Shown: positions 17,703 through 27,748, numbered from the stretch's first letter. The stretch: DNA of 32,000 nucleotides from Candidatus Iainarchaeum sp. (GCA_028710695.1 JAQTTP010000002.1:90001-122000), one strand, 5' to 3'. A program made the numbers and translations. Notes: generated from the letters alone by a model not told the origin.

Positions 17703-17721
17703 CCGAAATGTTTATATATAA
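17703..17721 (+). promoter_or_regulatory. Proximal BRE/TATA-like promoter of the TFB gene
   Basis: CCGAAATGTTTATATATAA; the start codon is about 67-76 nt downstream, preceded by TAGGAGTGG (Shine-Dalgarno-like). Confidence 0.55.
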
Positions 17722-17786
17722 CTTTCAATCCAAAGATATATGATTACTAATTATTTGTAATTCTAAAATCCTTAGGAGTGGTATTA

Positions 17787-18752
17787 ATGGTGGCTACCTG
17801 CCCGTCATGTAATTCAAAAAATATTAAAAAAGACAAAGACAAAGGAGAAGTTATTTGCTACGATTGTGGTAATGTTTTCGAGGACAACATAAATTTAGCA
17901 AAAGAATGGAGAACTTTCGATTCTAGCGAATACAACAAAAAAGCAAGATCAGGAAGCCCAATGCAGTATTCTAAACTAAATAAAGGTATTTCCACCATGA
18001 TTGAAATGGGTGGAAGAGATGCAAGAGGAAACAAGCTATCAAGCGACACAAAAGCACAGATGTACAGAATAGCAAGATGGCACAAGAGAACAACTGTTTC
18101 AAACTCCTTGCAGAGAAACCTTTCTATTGCTTTAACAGAGCTTAGGAGAATAGCGTCATACTTAAACATCCCTGAGCCACTAATAGAAAAAGCGGCTTTG
18201 CTTTACAGAAAGACTGTAGACAAGGAACTAATTAGAGGAAGATTGATTGAGTCCGTTGTTGCTGCTGTTCTTTATGCTGTTTGTAGAGAATCAAATGTTC
18301 CAAGAACTCTAAACGAAATGGCTGAAGCTTCAGGAATAAGCAAAAAGGATATTGGAAGAACATACAGGTTCTTAACTAAAGAGCTTGAATTAAATGTTCC
18401 TTTAACAAACCCAATATACTATATTCCAAGGTTCACTTCAGAACTTGGTTTAAGCGGAGAAGTCCAAGAAGAAGCAAGAAAGACTTTACAGAAAGCAATA
18501 GACCAAGGATTAATTTCTGGAAGAGGCCCAACTGGTGTAGCTGCTGCTGCAGTTTACATCGCTGCTTTGATTAAGGGAGAAAGAAGAACCCAGAAGCAAG
18601 TAGCAAATGTTGCAGGGGTAACAGAAGTTACAATTAGGAACAGATATAGAGAACTTAAAGAAAGATTGGGCTTAGAAGTCGAAGATGACTTCATAAACGT
18701 AGGCGGCCCAGATACAGAAATAGTAACTGATGAAAGCAAAAAGAAGCTATAA
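17787..18752 (+). CDS. tfb: Transcription initiation factor IIB (TFB)
   Basis: Zn ribbon CPSCNSKNIKKDKDKGEVICYDCGNVFED, B-finger-like RTFDSSEYNKKARSGSPMQY, and two cyclin-like repeats (EKAALLYRKTVDKELIRGRLIESVVAAVLYAVCRESNVPRTLNE; GPTGVAAAAVYIAALIKGERRTQKQVANVAGVTEVTIRNRYRELKERLG). ATG at 17787 preferred over GTG at 17778. Confidence 0.97.
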   Translation: MVATCPSCNSKNIKKDKDKGEVICYDCGNVFEDNINLAKEWRTFDSSEYNKKARSGSPMQYSKLNKGISTMIEMGGRDARGNKLSSDTKAQMYRIARWHKRTTVSNSLQRNLSIALTELRRIASYLNIPEPLIEKAALLYRKTVDKELIRGRLIESVVAAVLYAVCRESNVPRTLNEMAEASGISKKDIGRTYRFLTKELELNVPLTNPIYYIPRFTSELGLSGEVQEEARKTLQKAIDQGLISGRGPTGVAAAAVYIAALIKGERRTQKQVANVAGVTEVTIRNRYRELKERLGLEVEDDFINVGGPDTEIVTDESKKKL

Positions 18753-18789
18753 AACTTCTTTTCTTTTTTTATTTTTTATGCATAGAGGA

Positions 18790-19632
18790 TTATTTTGGCT
18801 TTCTTAAATGTTCTATCCAAACTCTAAACTTTGATTTTTTAGGGGGCTCTAACTTTTTTGCTAGTCTTTCGTGATCTTTTCTTAAACTTTCAAGAAGCCC
18901 AGAATCTGATAATCTTTTTAAATGGTCTCCAATTACAAATTTGTTTTCTTTTTTTAGCAATTTCAAAAGTCTTTGTCCAGCAAATATACTTAACTCTCTG
19001 CCAAATAATAACTGATTTGTTGCAACAAAATTTAACACATCCAAATTATTGAGAACGCCCACAGACCTCAATACAGATCTTTTTTTATTTGCGCCCTTCC
19101 ACCATATTGATTTTTTTGTTTCTTTCAAAAGGACCTCAGGGACATTTGGATTCAAACAAATAGCTATTTGAGTATCTAAACTTGCGTCATGTATCCGAGA
19201 AACTAGCCCATTTAAAATTTTTTCTTTGTTTTGAGGAGAAATAACTGTTTCTTGAGGATCAAATAACATTTTTTTTATGATGCTTGCACCATCTATATTT
19301 GCTATTTCTTTTGGATCAAGATTTGTTAATCTCGCAAATAATTGACTTTCGGCATAAAATACATAAACATCTGTATGGTTTGGGTTCTTTGCTTGTTCAT
19401 ACAAGGTAGCCAGGTCCATAAACTTAAGCCCCAATATTTCATCGGCATCATGTACATTTTTTATGACCCCACCTTCAGTTTTAATATGTATAGGTGGTAA
19501 TGGCCAATTATCTACCCTTATTATACCCCTATGATCAGTAAAAACTACTTTTTGTTTGCCAGAAACTGCCTTTATTCTTGCGTCAGGATATGTTTTCTTA
19601 AATTCTGCCCAGCCATCATCACGACGTTCCAT
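18790..19632 (-). CDS. Hypothetical protein, basic C-terminus
   Basis: 280-aa ORF with no recognised motif; no frame conflict; upstream NUDIX gene ends 24 bp away in the same orientation. Confidence 0.65.
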   Translation of the reverse strand: MERRDDGWAEFKKTYPDARIKAVSGKQKVVFTDHRGIIRVDNWPLPPIHIKTEGGVIKNVHDADEILGLKFMDLATLYEQAKNPNHTDVYVFYAESQLFARLTNLDPKEIANIDGASIIKKMLFDPQETVISPQNKEKILNGLVSRIHDASLDTQIAICLNPNVPEVLLKETKKSIWWKGANKKRSVLRSVGVLNNLDVLNFVATNQLLFGRELSIFAGQRLLKLLKKENKFVIGDHLKRLSDSGLLESLRKDHERLAKKLEPPKKSKFRVWIEHLRKPK

Positions 19633-19655
19633 CTATACCACAAACACAAATTAAT

Positions 19656-20093
19656 TTATTTTTTTCCACCAATCTGTCCAAGCATTATTATACCCATATA
19701 ACTCTTAATCATTTTCATATGGTCAAAACCAATTTCGTGTTTTCCTAAATCATCAATAGAAATCCAATCTATACTTTCAAAGTCATCTTCTTTTATTTGT
19801 TTTTTTCCACCAGACCAAACACAAATGTAGACCATACTTACATAATGCCCCCTGGGATCTCTTGTAGGATCATCATAAGCCCCCAAAGTAGCAATTACAT
19901 TAACATCATATCCTGTTTCTTCTTTTATTTCTCTTATTATTGCATTTCTTGTTGTTTCACCATATTCCACAAGTCCGCCTGGCAAAACATATTTTCCACT
20001 AAACGGATCTTTCTTTTTTTTCAAAAGTAAAATTTTGTTATTTTGCATAACAATACCGTCAACGCAAAGTATTGGTCTTTTTGTTTCAGTCAT
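19656..20093 (-). CDS. NUDIX hydrolase (ADP-ribose pyrophosphatase-like)
   Basis: NUDIX box GGLVEYGETTRNAIIREIKEETGYDV matches Gx5Ex7REUxEExGU. Confidence 0.93.
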   Translation of the reverse strand: MTETKRPILCVDGIVMQNNKILLLKKKKDPFSGKYVLPGGLVEYGETTRNAIIREIKEETGYDVNVIATLGAYDDPTRDPRGHYVSMVYICVWSGGKKQIKEDDFESIDWISIDDLGKHEIGFDHMKMIKSYMGIIMLGQIGGKK

Positions 20094-20113
20094 TTTTTCA
20101 CGCTCCGCAGATA

Positions 20114-20554
20114 TTATCCAAACAAGATTTCACAATGAATAGGACAATTGCCCACATTTGGATTACAGGTAATTGTAACTTTAGTTTCCACATCATTCTG
20201 AGTAACTAATCCAGAGTCAATCTTCTTAAAAACAGACTTGTTAGAATTGAGGACGAGGCAGTCTTGTGTTAGCCCAGTCTCCTCTTCAAAATATTTAAAA
20301 GTGAAATAGGTCTCTTTAGGTATTATCACTTTATCAATAACGTATGGCTCTCCGGTTGGTGCCTTTACTGCATATTTTATATTGCTTACAAGAGATTCAT
20401 TTGAAAGATACACTTTCTGATTTTCTGTTTTCTCAATTAAAACAAGAATAATTCCAAGAATAACAGCCCCAATTACAGCACCGACAAGCAATTTAAAGAT
20501 AAAATCCTCTTGGCCTTTTTTGTTTCTTAAAAAGTCAAAGTTCATGTCAACCAA
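20114..20554 (-). CDS. Archaeal type IV prepilin-like (class III signal peptide) protein
   Basis: Short charged N-terminus RNKKGQ followed by hydrophobic FIFKLLVGAVIGAVILGIILVLI (class III processing-site pattern), a beta-rich tail with 4 Cys, and overlap with the downstream-transcribed partners' locus. Confidence 0.7.
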   Translation of the reverse strand: MVDMNFDFLRNKKGQEDFIFKLLVGAVIGAVILGIILVLIEKTENQKVYLSNESLVSNIKYAVKAPTGEPYVIDKVIIPKETYFTFKYFEEETGLTQDCLVLNSNKSVFKKIDSGLVTQNDVETKVTITCNPNVGNCPIHCEILFG

Positions 20555-22805
20555 ACCCTGAAACCATCATTCCTGCTACTACAGAAGATATTATGAATAC
20601 CACCACCGCAATAGGAATTGTTTTTGCAATTAGTAATTTTGTTTGCAAAGAGTTATCTTCTAAAATCAAACTAACAAAGTAGGATAATATTATTACAATT
20701 AAAATTACATTTATAGTAATAATAATCATAAAGGCACCAGGAGTTGCAATGTTTCCAATTGCACTTGTGTTAAATGAAGTGGAAAGCTTTGAAAAGTCCA
20801 AACTTGACAAACCCTCCGGCATATTTTCCCCCATTTTTGACATCCCTTCTCCAAGCCCAGAAGAGGTTAAAGAATAAAGAGTCAACACAATTATTTTTTG
20901 TAGACTAACTGTGATTCCCAAAACAGCTGGCGCAATAAATGTTGCCATTGTTGCAAGCATTTCAGAAATATCAGAAATAACTTTTTTTATCAGCTGTTTA
21001 ATTTCTAAAACATTTTTTATCTGTATTGATATGGATATTGCTGTCTTTGATGCAGTATGTGGGCCCAACGTTACTGAATCCCCCATTATCTTTAAAGAAT
21101 TATTTAGTTGCATAGAGGGGTTGTGTTTCATAGAACCAAAAACAGGATCAAACATTGCTTGTTCTAATGGCAACCCAAGCAAATTAATATTATCCAAAGT
21201 TTTTGCAAATAAATCTTGACAAATAGTTAACTCAGGGAAAAAGTCTTTTGTCTTTTGCAAGGCATCTTCAATTGGCTTTCCTTCTGCCAACCTAGAAGCT
21301 AAAATGTACAAGACCTCCCTAAATTCATCTTCCATTTTCACATAATAATCTTGGATTTTCTTTTTGTAAATTGCAGAGAAATAAAAATACACAAATATGA
21401 TTAATGCAATAGTCAATGCCATTCCATAAATCACAAAGTAAGGGGTGGTATCATGCCCTGGCTGCATCATAAACAGCATCTTCTGAGCCCTAATTTCTCC
21501 AGCCAATGCTTCTGGATCACTTGCTACTTCTGCACCTTTATTAGCTAACAAAAAGTTCGTTGCTTGCAAAACAAAGTATGACTCTGGGTCTTTAACAAAC
21601 TCGTCTGGGAACTGCTCTGCTTGCATAACTTTTGCTAAAGTAGTTCCTAATGATAGTTGTAATAATACAGATAATACTATTCCAACAATAAAAATAATTG
21701 CGATTACAACTCTAATATCAATTTGTACTTTCCCAATTCTCATATTATTTTTCTTTGGAAGCCCAGGATAGGTATCTGGAATCACTGGAGGCTTATAGAT
21801 TCTTGGAACCTTTTTGATAATATAGAGTGCAAATATAAAACAGATTCCTGGAATTAAAATATCATAAAGTATAACTAAAACCCAAGGTTTAGCAAATGGC
21901 AAATTTGCAAACACAGACCCAATTGGAAGAATAACAATTAATAACAGAGGAAGTAAAACACCAACATAGAATAATACTAGTGATGGCTGTGACAAAGATC
22001 TTGCATACCCTTCCATTTTTATCTTTATAGAATCCAAAACAGAGCTTATACTTTTGTCCAACATATCTGCTCTTTTTTCTTCATCATCTTCAACCATAGA
22101 AGATTTTATTAGCATTATTGCTTCTTTAAATTCTGGAGAATAAACTTTCCATCTATAAGCCAATACTTCTAGCCCTTCTCCAATAGTATTATGTACTCCA
22201 ATATGGGTGTTCCACAATACTTTTTTCAAATCATCTGCAAGCTTTCCTTTTCCACGCAATGCAGCAAAATTCACTGCTTTCTCTAAGTTAGAGCTAAGCT
22301 TCATAGACATTGCCAAATAGCTTATTATTTCTGGAACGTAAGACAATGCTGCCCTTGCTTCCTGTTCTGCAGCAATTATTGGATACCGCATAAAAAAATA
22401 AATAATTCCCGTTGCAGCCCCACCAAACACTACTAACAAAATAATTATAATGTAAAAAGTTCCTAAAGAAGATGCTAACAAAGAACCAAGGATAAAATAT
22501 CCTATTATCATCAACACAATTGCAATAACTATTGAAAAAACAGTTACTGTTTTTATTCCCGCGTTCAGGTCTTCTGGTCTAATATTCCAACCTAAAAAAT
22601 CCAATGCCTCTTGATATTCTTTAGATATTTTACTATCTTTAAAATTAGGAAACTGCTTTGAAAATTTCTTACAAAGTGAAACATACCAGTTGTCTTTTTC
22701 AATTTGGGGCTTTTCTTCGTCCTCGAATTTTATTTCTTCCCCTTTTATTCCCTTGTACAACTTACCAAGATTAATTTCAGGCATGTTTAGATCACTTTCT
22801 GTCAT
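20547..22805 (-). CDS. Archaeal FlaJ/TadC-like platform protein with two T2SF domains
   Basis: First domain ALSYVPEIISYLAMSMKLSSNLEKAVNFAA...; second domain FREVLYILASRLAEGKPIEDALQKTKDFFPEL...; TM blocks between and at the C-terminus; overlaps the ATPase gene. Confidence 0.88.
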   Translation of the reverse strand: MTESDLNMPEINLGKLYKGIKGEEIKFEDEEKPQIEKDNWYVSLCKKFSKQFPNFKDSKISKEYQEALDFLGWNIRPEDLNAGIKTVTVFSIVIAIVLMIIGYFILGSLLASSLGTFYIIIILLVVFGGAATGIIYFFMRYPIIAAEQEARAALSYVPEIISYLAMSMKLSSNLEKAVNFAALRGKGKLADDLKKVLWNTHIGVHNTIGEGLEVLAYRWKVYSPEFKEAIMLIKSSMVEDDEEKRADMLDKSISSVLDSIKIKMEGYARSLSQPSLVLFYVGVLLPLLLIVILPIGSVFANLPFAKPWVLVILYDILIPGICFIFALYIIKKVPRIYKPPVIPDTYPGLPKKNNMRIGKVQIDIRVVIAIIFIVGIVLSVLLQLSLGTTLAKVMQAEQFPDEFVKDPESYFVLQATNFLLANKGAEVASDPEALAGEIRAQKMLFMMQPGHDTTPYFVIYGMALTIALIIFVYFYFSAIYKKKIQDYYVKMEDEFREVLYILASRLAEGKPIEDALQKTKDFFPELTICQDLFAKTLDNINLLGLPLEQAMFDPVFGSMKHNPSMQLNNSLKIMGDSVTLGPHTASKTAISISIQIKNVLEIKQLIKKVISDISEMLATMATFIAPAVLGITVSLQKIIVLTLYSLTSSGLGEGMSKMGENMPEGLSSLDFSKLSTSFNTSAIGNIATPGAFMIIITINVILIVIILSYFVSLILEDNSLQTKLLIAKTIPIAVVVFIISSVVAGMMVSGFG

Positions 22806-25089
22806 ATTTCTTGTTCAAAAAAGGTACAAAGTCTTTATCCACCCAATTCTTCCAGGTAGTGTAAAGGTCGTCCCAATTCAACACATCCGCCTCTTCCATT
22901 TGTTTTTCTCTGAACAAGTGCAAAGAGGTATTTGCTATTGTTGTATTTTCTGCTTCCAACAAATCTGAAAAATTTAATTTATTTTTCAAATCAACCAAGT
23001 ATTGCTTTGTTTTTGAAACCATGCTGATTTCTTTCCAAATTTGTTCCATATTCAGTCCACTAACACTCTGAATTTTTGTAAACAATTCTGAGTCTTTCAA
23101 ATTATCTTCTAACAAATCAAGATTATCTTTTTTAGCATTATAGCTCATCAGATCTAGAAGTCCGCCCTCAGTTTCAGGATCTTCATTCCAGTGTTTTTTT
23201 ACTTCTGTAATCTGTACTAATCTTCTATTTCTTTTCAAAGACCCTTTAAACCTTATTGGCCTTGAAACAGTAACAATATCTGTTGCCTTAAAAGAAGTAG
23301 TTGGCACTTCTAAGTCATTTACAACCCTATCCCACACAGAATAAGCAGAGTCACCGTGGATTGTGCCCATTACAACATTTCCTGCAGCACCAACCCTCAT
23401 TGCTTCATACAAAACTTTTGCCTCTTTACTTCTTACTTCTCCAAGAATTATTGCACTATCTCCCAACCTCAATGCTGTTCTTAATGCCTCATCAGGAGGA
23501 ACTTCAACTCCAACTTTTGCAGTAGTAATTGCTGACTGAGTTTTCAATCTTTGGACATTATACCCTATATTTTTCATATACATTGCAGGTATTTCCAAAG
23601 TATCTTCTTGCAATAAAATTCTAGAACTCATTGGTATTTCTAGCATTAATGCACTCAATAAAGATGTTTTTCCAGATCCTCTTGAACCTGCAACCAAAAT
23701 ACTTGATTGCATATCCACCAAAAAGCTAAGCAAACCAGCAGATAAGGAGTTCATTCCATTTACATCTACTAGCTGTGGCAAAGTCCAAGGTGTTGTTTTA
23801 TGTAACCTAAACGCAAATGCAATTCCATCAGGAGACAGAGGCGGACCAATAACTGCTACACGAGTTTCAAACTCTGGTAAATCATAATCCAGCACAGGGT
23901 GTGTTTCATCAAAAGGCCTTCCACTCTGTGCCCTTATTTTTGAAACAACTGATTCTGCCTCTCTGTCACTATACAAAATATTTGTTTTACAGGATCCAAA
24001 TTTAGAATGTATTAACTTTAATGGCTTATCACCAATTGGCGCATCAACATAAAAATCTGTAATATTCTTATCAGACAAAAGTATTTCTAAAATTCCATAC
24101 CCCACAGTATAACGGGCAACAATTTCTGACAAGGATTTTTCTTCATCCAAAGTCAAAGGAATATTATTTGCCTTAGAAACTCCTTTTATAGTTGTTAAAA
24201 ATACTCTTTCAAAATAATCTCTTGATTTTGCCCCAACAGTAAATGCTGCACTTCCTGGCTTATACTCTGCAACAATCTCTCTTGCCTTACTAATTATAAA
24301 ATACTTGTCAGGGGTCAAAGAGTATTCCGGGGGATTAGCAATATACAAATATTCAACACTATCTGGCTGTTTAAAAATTTGAATTTGGGTGTTACCAACC
24401 ATGTATTCATCAACTAATACTAAACCTTCTATTTCTCCAAACAAAAGCCTAGATCCTATAAAGGACGGCTTTATTTCCGCATTAAAAAAATACCTATATA
24501 GTTGGCTAGTATCGGGGATATTAGTTAATTTTTGCAAATAATCTTTTACCTTCTTTATTAAATCTGTTTTCTCAAGACTTTGGTAAATATATATCAAAGT
24601 TTCCAAATAAGGCATTGCCCCTTTCTGGTATTTGCTCCCAAGCTTTGTAAGCCTTAGCTTTTCTTTGTTTATTTCATCTATTGTAGCAAGATATGCCAAT
24701 ATTGGATCTGATACCAAATAGTCGCTTGCTATCTTTGCCAGGGTTGCATGCCTATTAGCAGTGTATTGCTCATTTTCGTCAGAACCATCAGAAAGATGCT
24801 CTGGCCCCCATAACCCTTGGGCAGTAAAAGTAGAATACAATTCTCCAATTTGCCTTAACAGGGTAGTTTGGTCACTATTGTAAACTCTTTCATAAACATC
24901 AGCTAATACAACCATATCTGCTTTTTGTTTAGCCAAAAAAGTTATTGCGTGAAGCCTACAGGCCTTATCGTCTGCCAAAGAAGTAGCAAATACACAATTT
25001 TTACAGTTAAATATCAGATGCTCTTGGTTGTTTATTACCTTATAAATTCCTTGCCCAACCTTATAGCCGCCAATAATCATTAAAATCAC
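22792..25089 (-). CDS. Type II/IV secretion ATPase (archaeal GspE/ArlI-like) with a Cys-containing N-terminal extension
   Basis: Walker A SILVAGSRGSGKTSLLSALML, LLQEDTLEIP, Walker B SAIILGEVRSKEAKVLYEAMRVGAAGNVVMGTIHGDS; N-terminus has HLIFNCKNCVFATSLADDKACRLHAI. Alternative ATG at about 25080. Confidence 0.93.
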   Translation of the reverse strand: MILMIIGGYKVGQGIYKVINNQEHLIFNCKNCVFATSLADDKACRLHAITFLAKQKADMVVLADVYERVYNSDQTTLLRQIGELYSTFTAQGLWGPEHLSDGSDENEQYTANRHATLAKIASDYLVSDPILAYLATIDEINKEKLRLTKLGSKYQKGAMPYLETLIYIYQSLEKTDLIKKVKDYLQKLTNIPDTSQLYRYFFNAEIKPSFIGSRLLFGEIEGLVLVDEYMVGNTQIQIFKQPDSVEYLYIANPPEYSLTPDKYFIISKAREIVAEYKPGSAAFTVGAKSRDYFERVFLTTIKGVSKANNIPLTLDEEKSLSEIVARYTVGYGILEILLSDKNITDFYVDAPIGDKPLKLIHSKFGSCKTNILYSDREAESVVSKIRAQSGRPFDETHPVLDYDLPEFETRVAVIGPPLSPDGIAFAFRLHKTTPWTLPQLVDVNGMNSLSAGLLSFLVDMQSSILVAGSRGSGKTSLLSALMLEIPMSSRILLQEDTLEIPAMYMKNIGYNVQRLKTQSAITTAKVGVEVPPDEALRTALRLGDSAIILGEVRSKEAKVLYEAMRVGAAGNVVMGTIHGDSAYSVWDRVVNDLEVPTTSFKATDIVTVSRPIRFKGSLKRNRRLVQITEVKKHWNEDPETEGGLLDLMSYNAKKDNLDLLEDNLKDSELFTKIQSVSGLNMEQIWKEISMVSKTKQYLVDLKNKLNFSDLLEAENTTIANTSLHLFREKQMEEADVLNWDDLYTTWKNWVDKDFVPFLNKKYDRK

Positions 25090-25117
25090 GTAACAGAAAC
25101 TGAGAGATGTAAATAAT

Positions 25118-25140
25118 AGTTATACTTTATTTATATATCT
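25118..25140. promoter_or_regulatory. Shared AT-rich divergent promoter region
   Basis: AGTTATACTTTATTTATATATC lies between divergent starts at 25089 (-) and 25160 (+). TATA spacing of about 25-30 nt to the + ATG suggests leaderless transcription. Confidence 0.4.
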
Positions 25141-25159
25141 TATTGTCCTAATTTTATTT

Positions 25160-26200
25160 ATGGACAAATCAGAAAAGGAACTAATAAAGGCAAAGTTTTC
25201 AAAAAATATCTTTTATCCTGACAGAAAAAGCCTTGAAATGTCAACTCCAGAACTAGTTTCTAAGTACAGGGCAAGCAGATTAAAGTGCAATACAGCAATA
25301 GATCTCTGTTGTGGACTTGGAATAGATGCAATTCTTTTGGCAAAAAGCTGCAAAAAAGTTATTGCAATAGAAAAAGACAAAAAAATACTAGATTGTGCAA
25401 TAAAAAACGCAAAACTATACAATACAAAGAACATTGAATTCATTTGTGCAGATTTTAAAACTCTGGATCTAAAAAAATACAACCCAGACATAATTTTTGC
25501 AGACCCATCAAGAAGAGTTGGAGAAAAAAGAGTTAAAGAATTAAGTGAAACAGAACCAAGCACAACAGAAATTATTTCTTTATTACAAAAACAAGGATTT
25601 GAAAATTTCTGCATAGAAGTTTCAAATAATTTAGATTTAGAAAAGCTAAATTTTGACTGCGAAAAAGAATTTATATCTCTTAATAAAGAACCAAATTGTA
25701 TTTCTCTTTATTTTGGAAATCTTAAAAAGTATAATTACTCTTTTGTTGCTTTGCCAGACAAAAAAGTAATATTTGCTGACAAAATAAATCCTGAATTTAA
25801 AACACAGGAAAACTTTAAAAAATATTTATACGAATTAGACGAAGGAATAAAAAAAATGCATTTTCAAAATGAACTTTTAAATCATTACAACGGCTTATAC
25901 GCAATAACAGATTCTTTTTTCACATCCACAAATCTAATAAAAGACCCAATCTTTAAAAACAGCTACAAAATAGAAACAGTTTTAGAAACAAGCTTTGAAA
26001 ACACAGACAAAAATATTTTAATTGAAGAGCTAAAAAAATTAGATGCAAAGAAAGTCGTTTTGCGTATTAAAATAGATCCAGACAAATATTACTCTCTAAA
26101 AAAAGATTTAGAAAAAGATTTGGAAGGCACAAAAAAGCTACATATAATTGAATTAAACAAGAAAGTTATTCTTTGCAAAAATCTTCTTCTGAGCGAATAG
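25160..26200 (+). CDS. Class I SAM-dependent methyltransferase, possibly of the THUMP-like-domain family
   Basis: TAIDLCCGLGIDAILLAKSCKKVIAIEKD (motif I) and DIIFADPSRRVGEKR (DPxRR); C-terminal region resembles a substrate-binding add-on. Confidence 0.75.
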   Translation: MDKSEKELIKAKFSKNIFYPDRKSLEMSTPELVSKYRASRLKCNTAIDLCCGLGIDAILLAKSCKKVIAIEKDKKILDCAIKNAKLYNTKNIEFICADFKTLDLKKYNPDIIFADPSRRVGEKRVKELSETEPSTTEIISLLQKQGFENFCIEVSNNLDLEKLNFDCEKEFISLNKEPNCISLYFGNLKKYNYSFVALPDKKVIFADKINPEFKTQENFKKYLYELDEGIKKMHFQNELLNHYNGLYAITDSFFTSTNLIKDPIFKNSYKIETVLETSFENTDKNILIEELKKLDAKKVVLRIKIDPDKYYSLKKDLEKDLEGTKKLHIIELNKKVILCKNLLLSE

Positions 26201-26250
26201 GGAAATAAACCTGATTCAGTCAGGTCATACAAAGCCCAAACTCTTAACTA

Positions 26251-26268
26251 AACCGAATAATATAAATA
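26251..26268 (+). promoter_or_regulatory. BRE/TATA-like promoter of the rubrerythrin gene
   Basis: AACCGAATAATATAAATAC, about 45-60 nt upstream of the start. Confidence 0.5.
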
Positions 26269-26311
26269 CTCTTTTCTCTTTATTCTGTTAGATAATTAAA
26301 GAGGTGGGATT

Positions 26312-26881
26312 TTGAAAACTTTAGAGAACCTAACAAAAGCCTTTATTGGCGAAAGCATGGCAAGAAACAGATACACATTTTACGCAAAGCAAGCATTCAA
26401 AGAGGGATATGACCAAATCTCAGAAATATTCACTCAAACTGCAGAGCAAGAAAGAGAGCACGCAAAATGGCTTTTCACTTTAATTAATGAAATAAAAAAA
26501 GGAAAAAAAGAAATTGAAGTTGCGGCATCAGTTCCAACAACTTTTGGAAACACAAAAGAAAATCTAAAGGCAGCAATTGCTGGAGAAAATCACGAGCACA
26601 CAAGCATGTATCCTGAGTTTGCAAAAATTGCTGTGAAGGAAGGTTTTCCAAAGATAGCAGTTAGGCTAATGGCAATAGCAACTGCTGAAAAACACCACGA
26701 GGAAAGATACAAAAAATTATTAAAAGAATTAGAGGATAAAACAATTTTCAAAAAGAAGAAAAAAATATCTTGGGTTTGTAGAAAATGTGGATACGAGCAC
26801 AATGGAAATTCACCACCTGATAAATGCCCTTCATGCGGACACGAAAAGAATTATTTCGAAAGAAAATGTGAGGAATATTAA
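26312..26881 (+). CDS. Rubrerythrin
   Basis: Ferritin-like diiron motifs ([31 protein letters not shown]) and a C-terminal rubredoxin-like knuckle [25 protein letters not shown] start with GAGGTG upstream. Confidence 0.95.
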   Translation: MKTLENLTKAFIGESMARNRYTFYAKQAFKEGYDQISEIFTQTAEQEREHAKWLFTLINEIKKGKKEIEVAASVPTTFGNTKENLKAAIAGENHEHTSMYPEFAKIAVKEGFPKIAVRLMAIATAEKHHEERYKKLLKELEDKTIFKKKKKISWVCRKCGYEHNGNSPPDKCPSCGHEKNYFERKCEEY

Positions 26882-26977
26882 AGGGTAGGGTCTAAACCGC
26901 ATCAGTTAGGCTACAAAGATGCAAAGAGATTTAAACAAAAAACAACATATATTTATGTTTTAAAAGGAGGATTAAAA

Positions 26978-27748
26978 ATGGAATTAGAAAAATATTTAAC
27001 AAAGTCATTTGCAACCACATTTAAAGTTAAACCATATTTGAGTTCTTTATTTGTAACAGTAGTAATTGGGGTATTATTTATCGCAGGAATTTTTGCTTTT
27101 TTCTTTGACTTAATAAAACAATTCATGCTGACTTTAGGTAAAAGTGCGCTCACAGGGCAAATGGCAAATTCAATGCTAGGATTTAAACTAGTTATGGCAC
27201 TAGGAACTGGATTCATTATATTCTGTGTTATCTTGTGCATTTTGAATATAATTGGACAAGCATTTATTTTCAAAAAAGTTGAAGCTGAAATGGAATCAAA
27301 AAATGATGGATTCTTTGAAAGATTTGGAGCATCCATGTTATTAGGCTTAAAAGTATTTGTAGTAATGATTATTTACTACATAGTTGTAGGAATAATTGGG
27401 GCAATAATCTTTGCAATTGGTTTAATCCCTTATGTTGGATTAGTAATTTCAATAATTTTATATGTAATATTGGGATTATATACAATCACTGGATTCTTTG
27501 CAATATATGGATTCACTGCAAAGGGTGGAATTGCAAAAGGAATAAGTGCATCTTTAACCCTGCCTTTTAGAAAAATACACTTGGTAGGTTATTCCTTTAT
27601 CTTCATGATTATTGCTATGGCAATTGGCTTCGTGCTTGGCCTTTTAGGTATGATACCAGTTTTAGGACAAATATTGTACATTTTAGGTATGCCAATAATC
27701 ACAACATACATGATGGGAATATCATATTGTATGGCAACAGAAGAATAA
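26978..27748 (+). CDS. Multi-pass membrane protein of unknown function
   Basis: Five or more hydrophobic helices; strong Shine-Dalgarno AAAGGAGG upstream of the ATG. Possibly DUF4013-like, not established. Confidence 0.8.
   Translation: MELEKYLTKSFATTFKVKPYLSSLFVTVVIGVLFIAGIFAFFFDLIKQFMLTLGKSALTGQMANSMLGFKLVMALGTGFIIFCVILCILNIIGQAFIFKKVEAEMESKNDGFFERFGASMLLGLKVFVVMIIYYIVVGIIGAIIFAIGLIPYVGLVISIILYVILGLYTITGFFAIYGFTAKGGIAKGISASLTLPFRKIHLVGYSFIFMIIAMAIGFVLGLLGMIPVLGQILYILGMPIITTYMMGISYCMATEE

Noticed and set aside
17858-18739. Minus-strand ORFs 17858..18169 and 18554..18739
   Set aside because: Antisense to TFB.
26209-26225. ACCTGA-TTCAG-TCAGGT inverted repeat after the methyltransferase gene
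   Set aside because: Only a 6-bp stem with no second copy; too weak to call a terminator or regulatory site.
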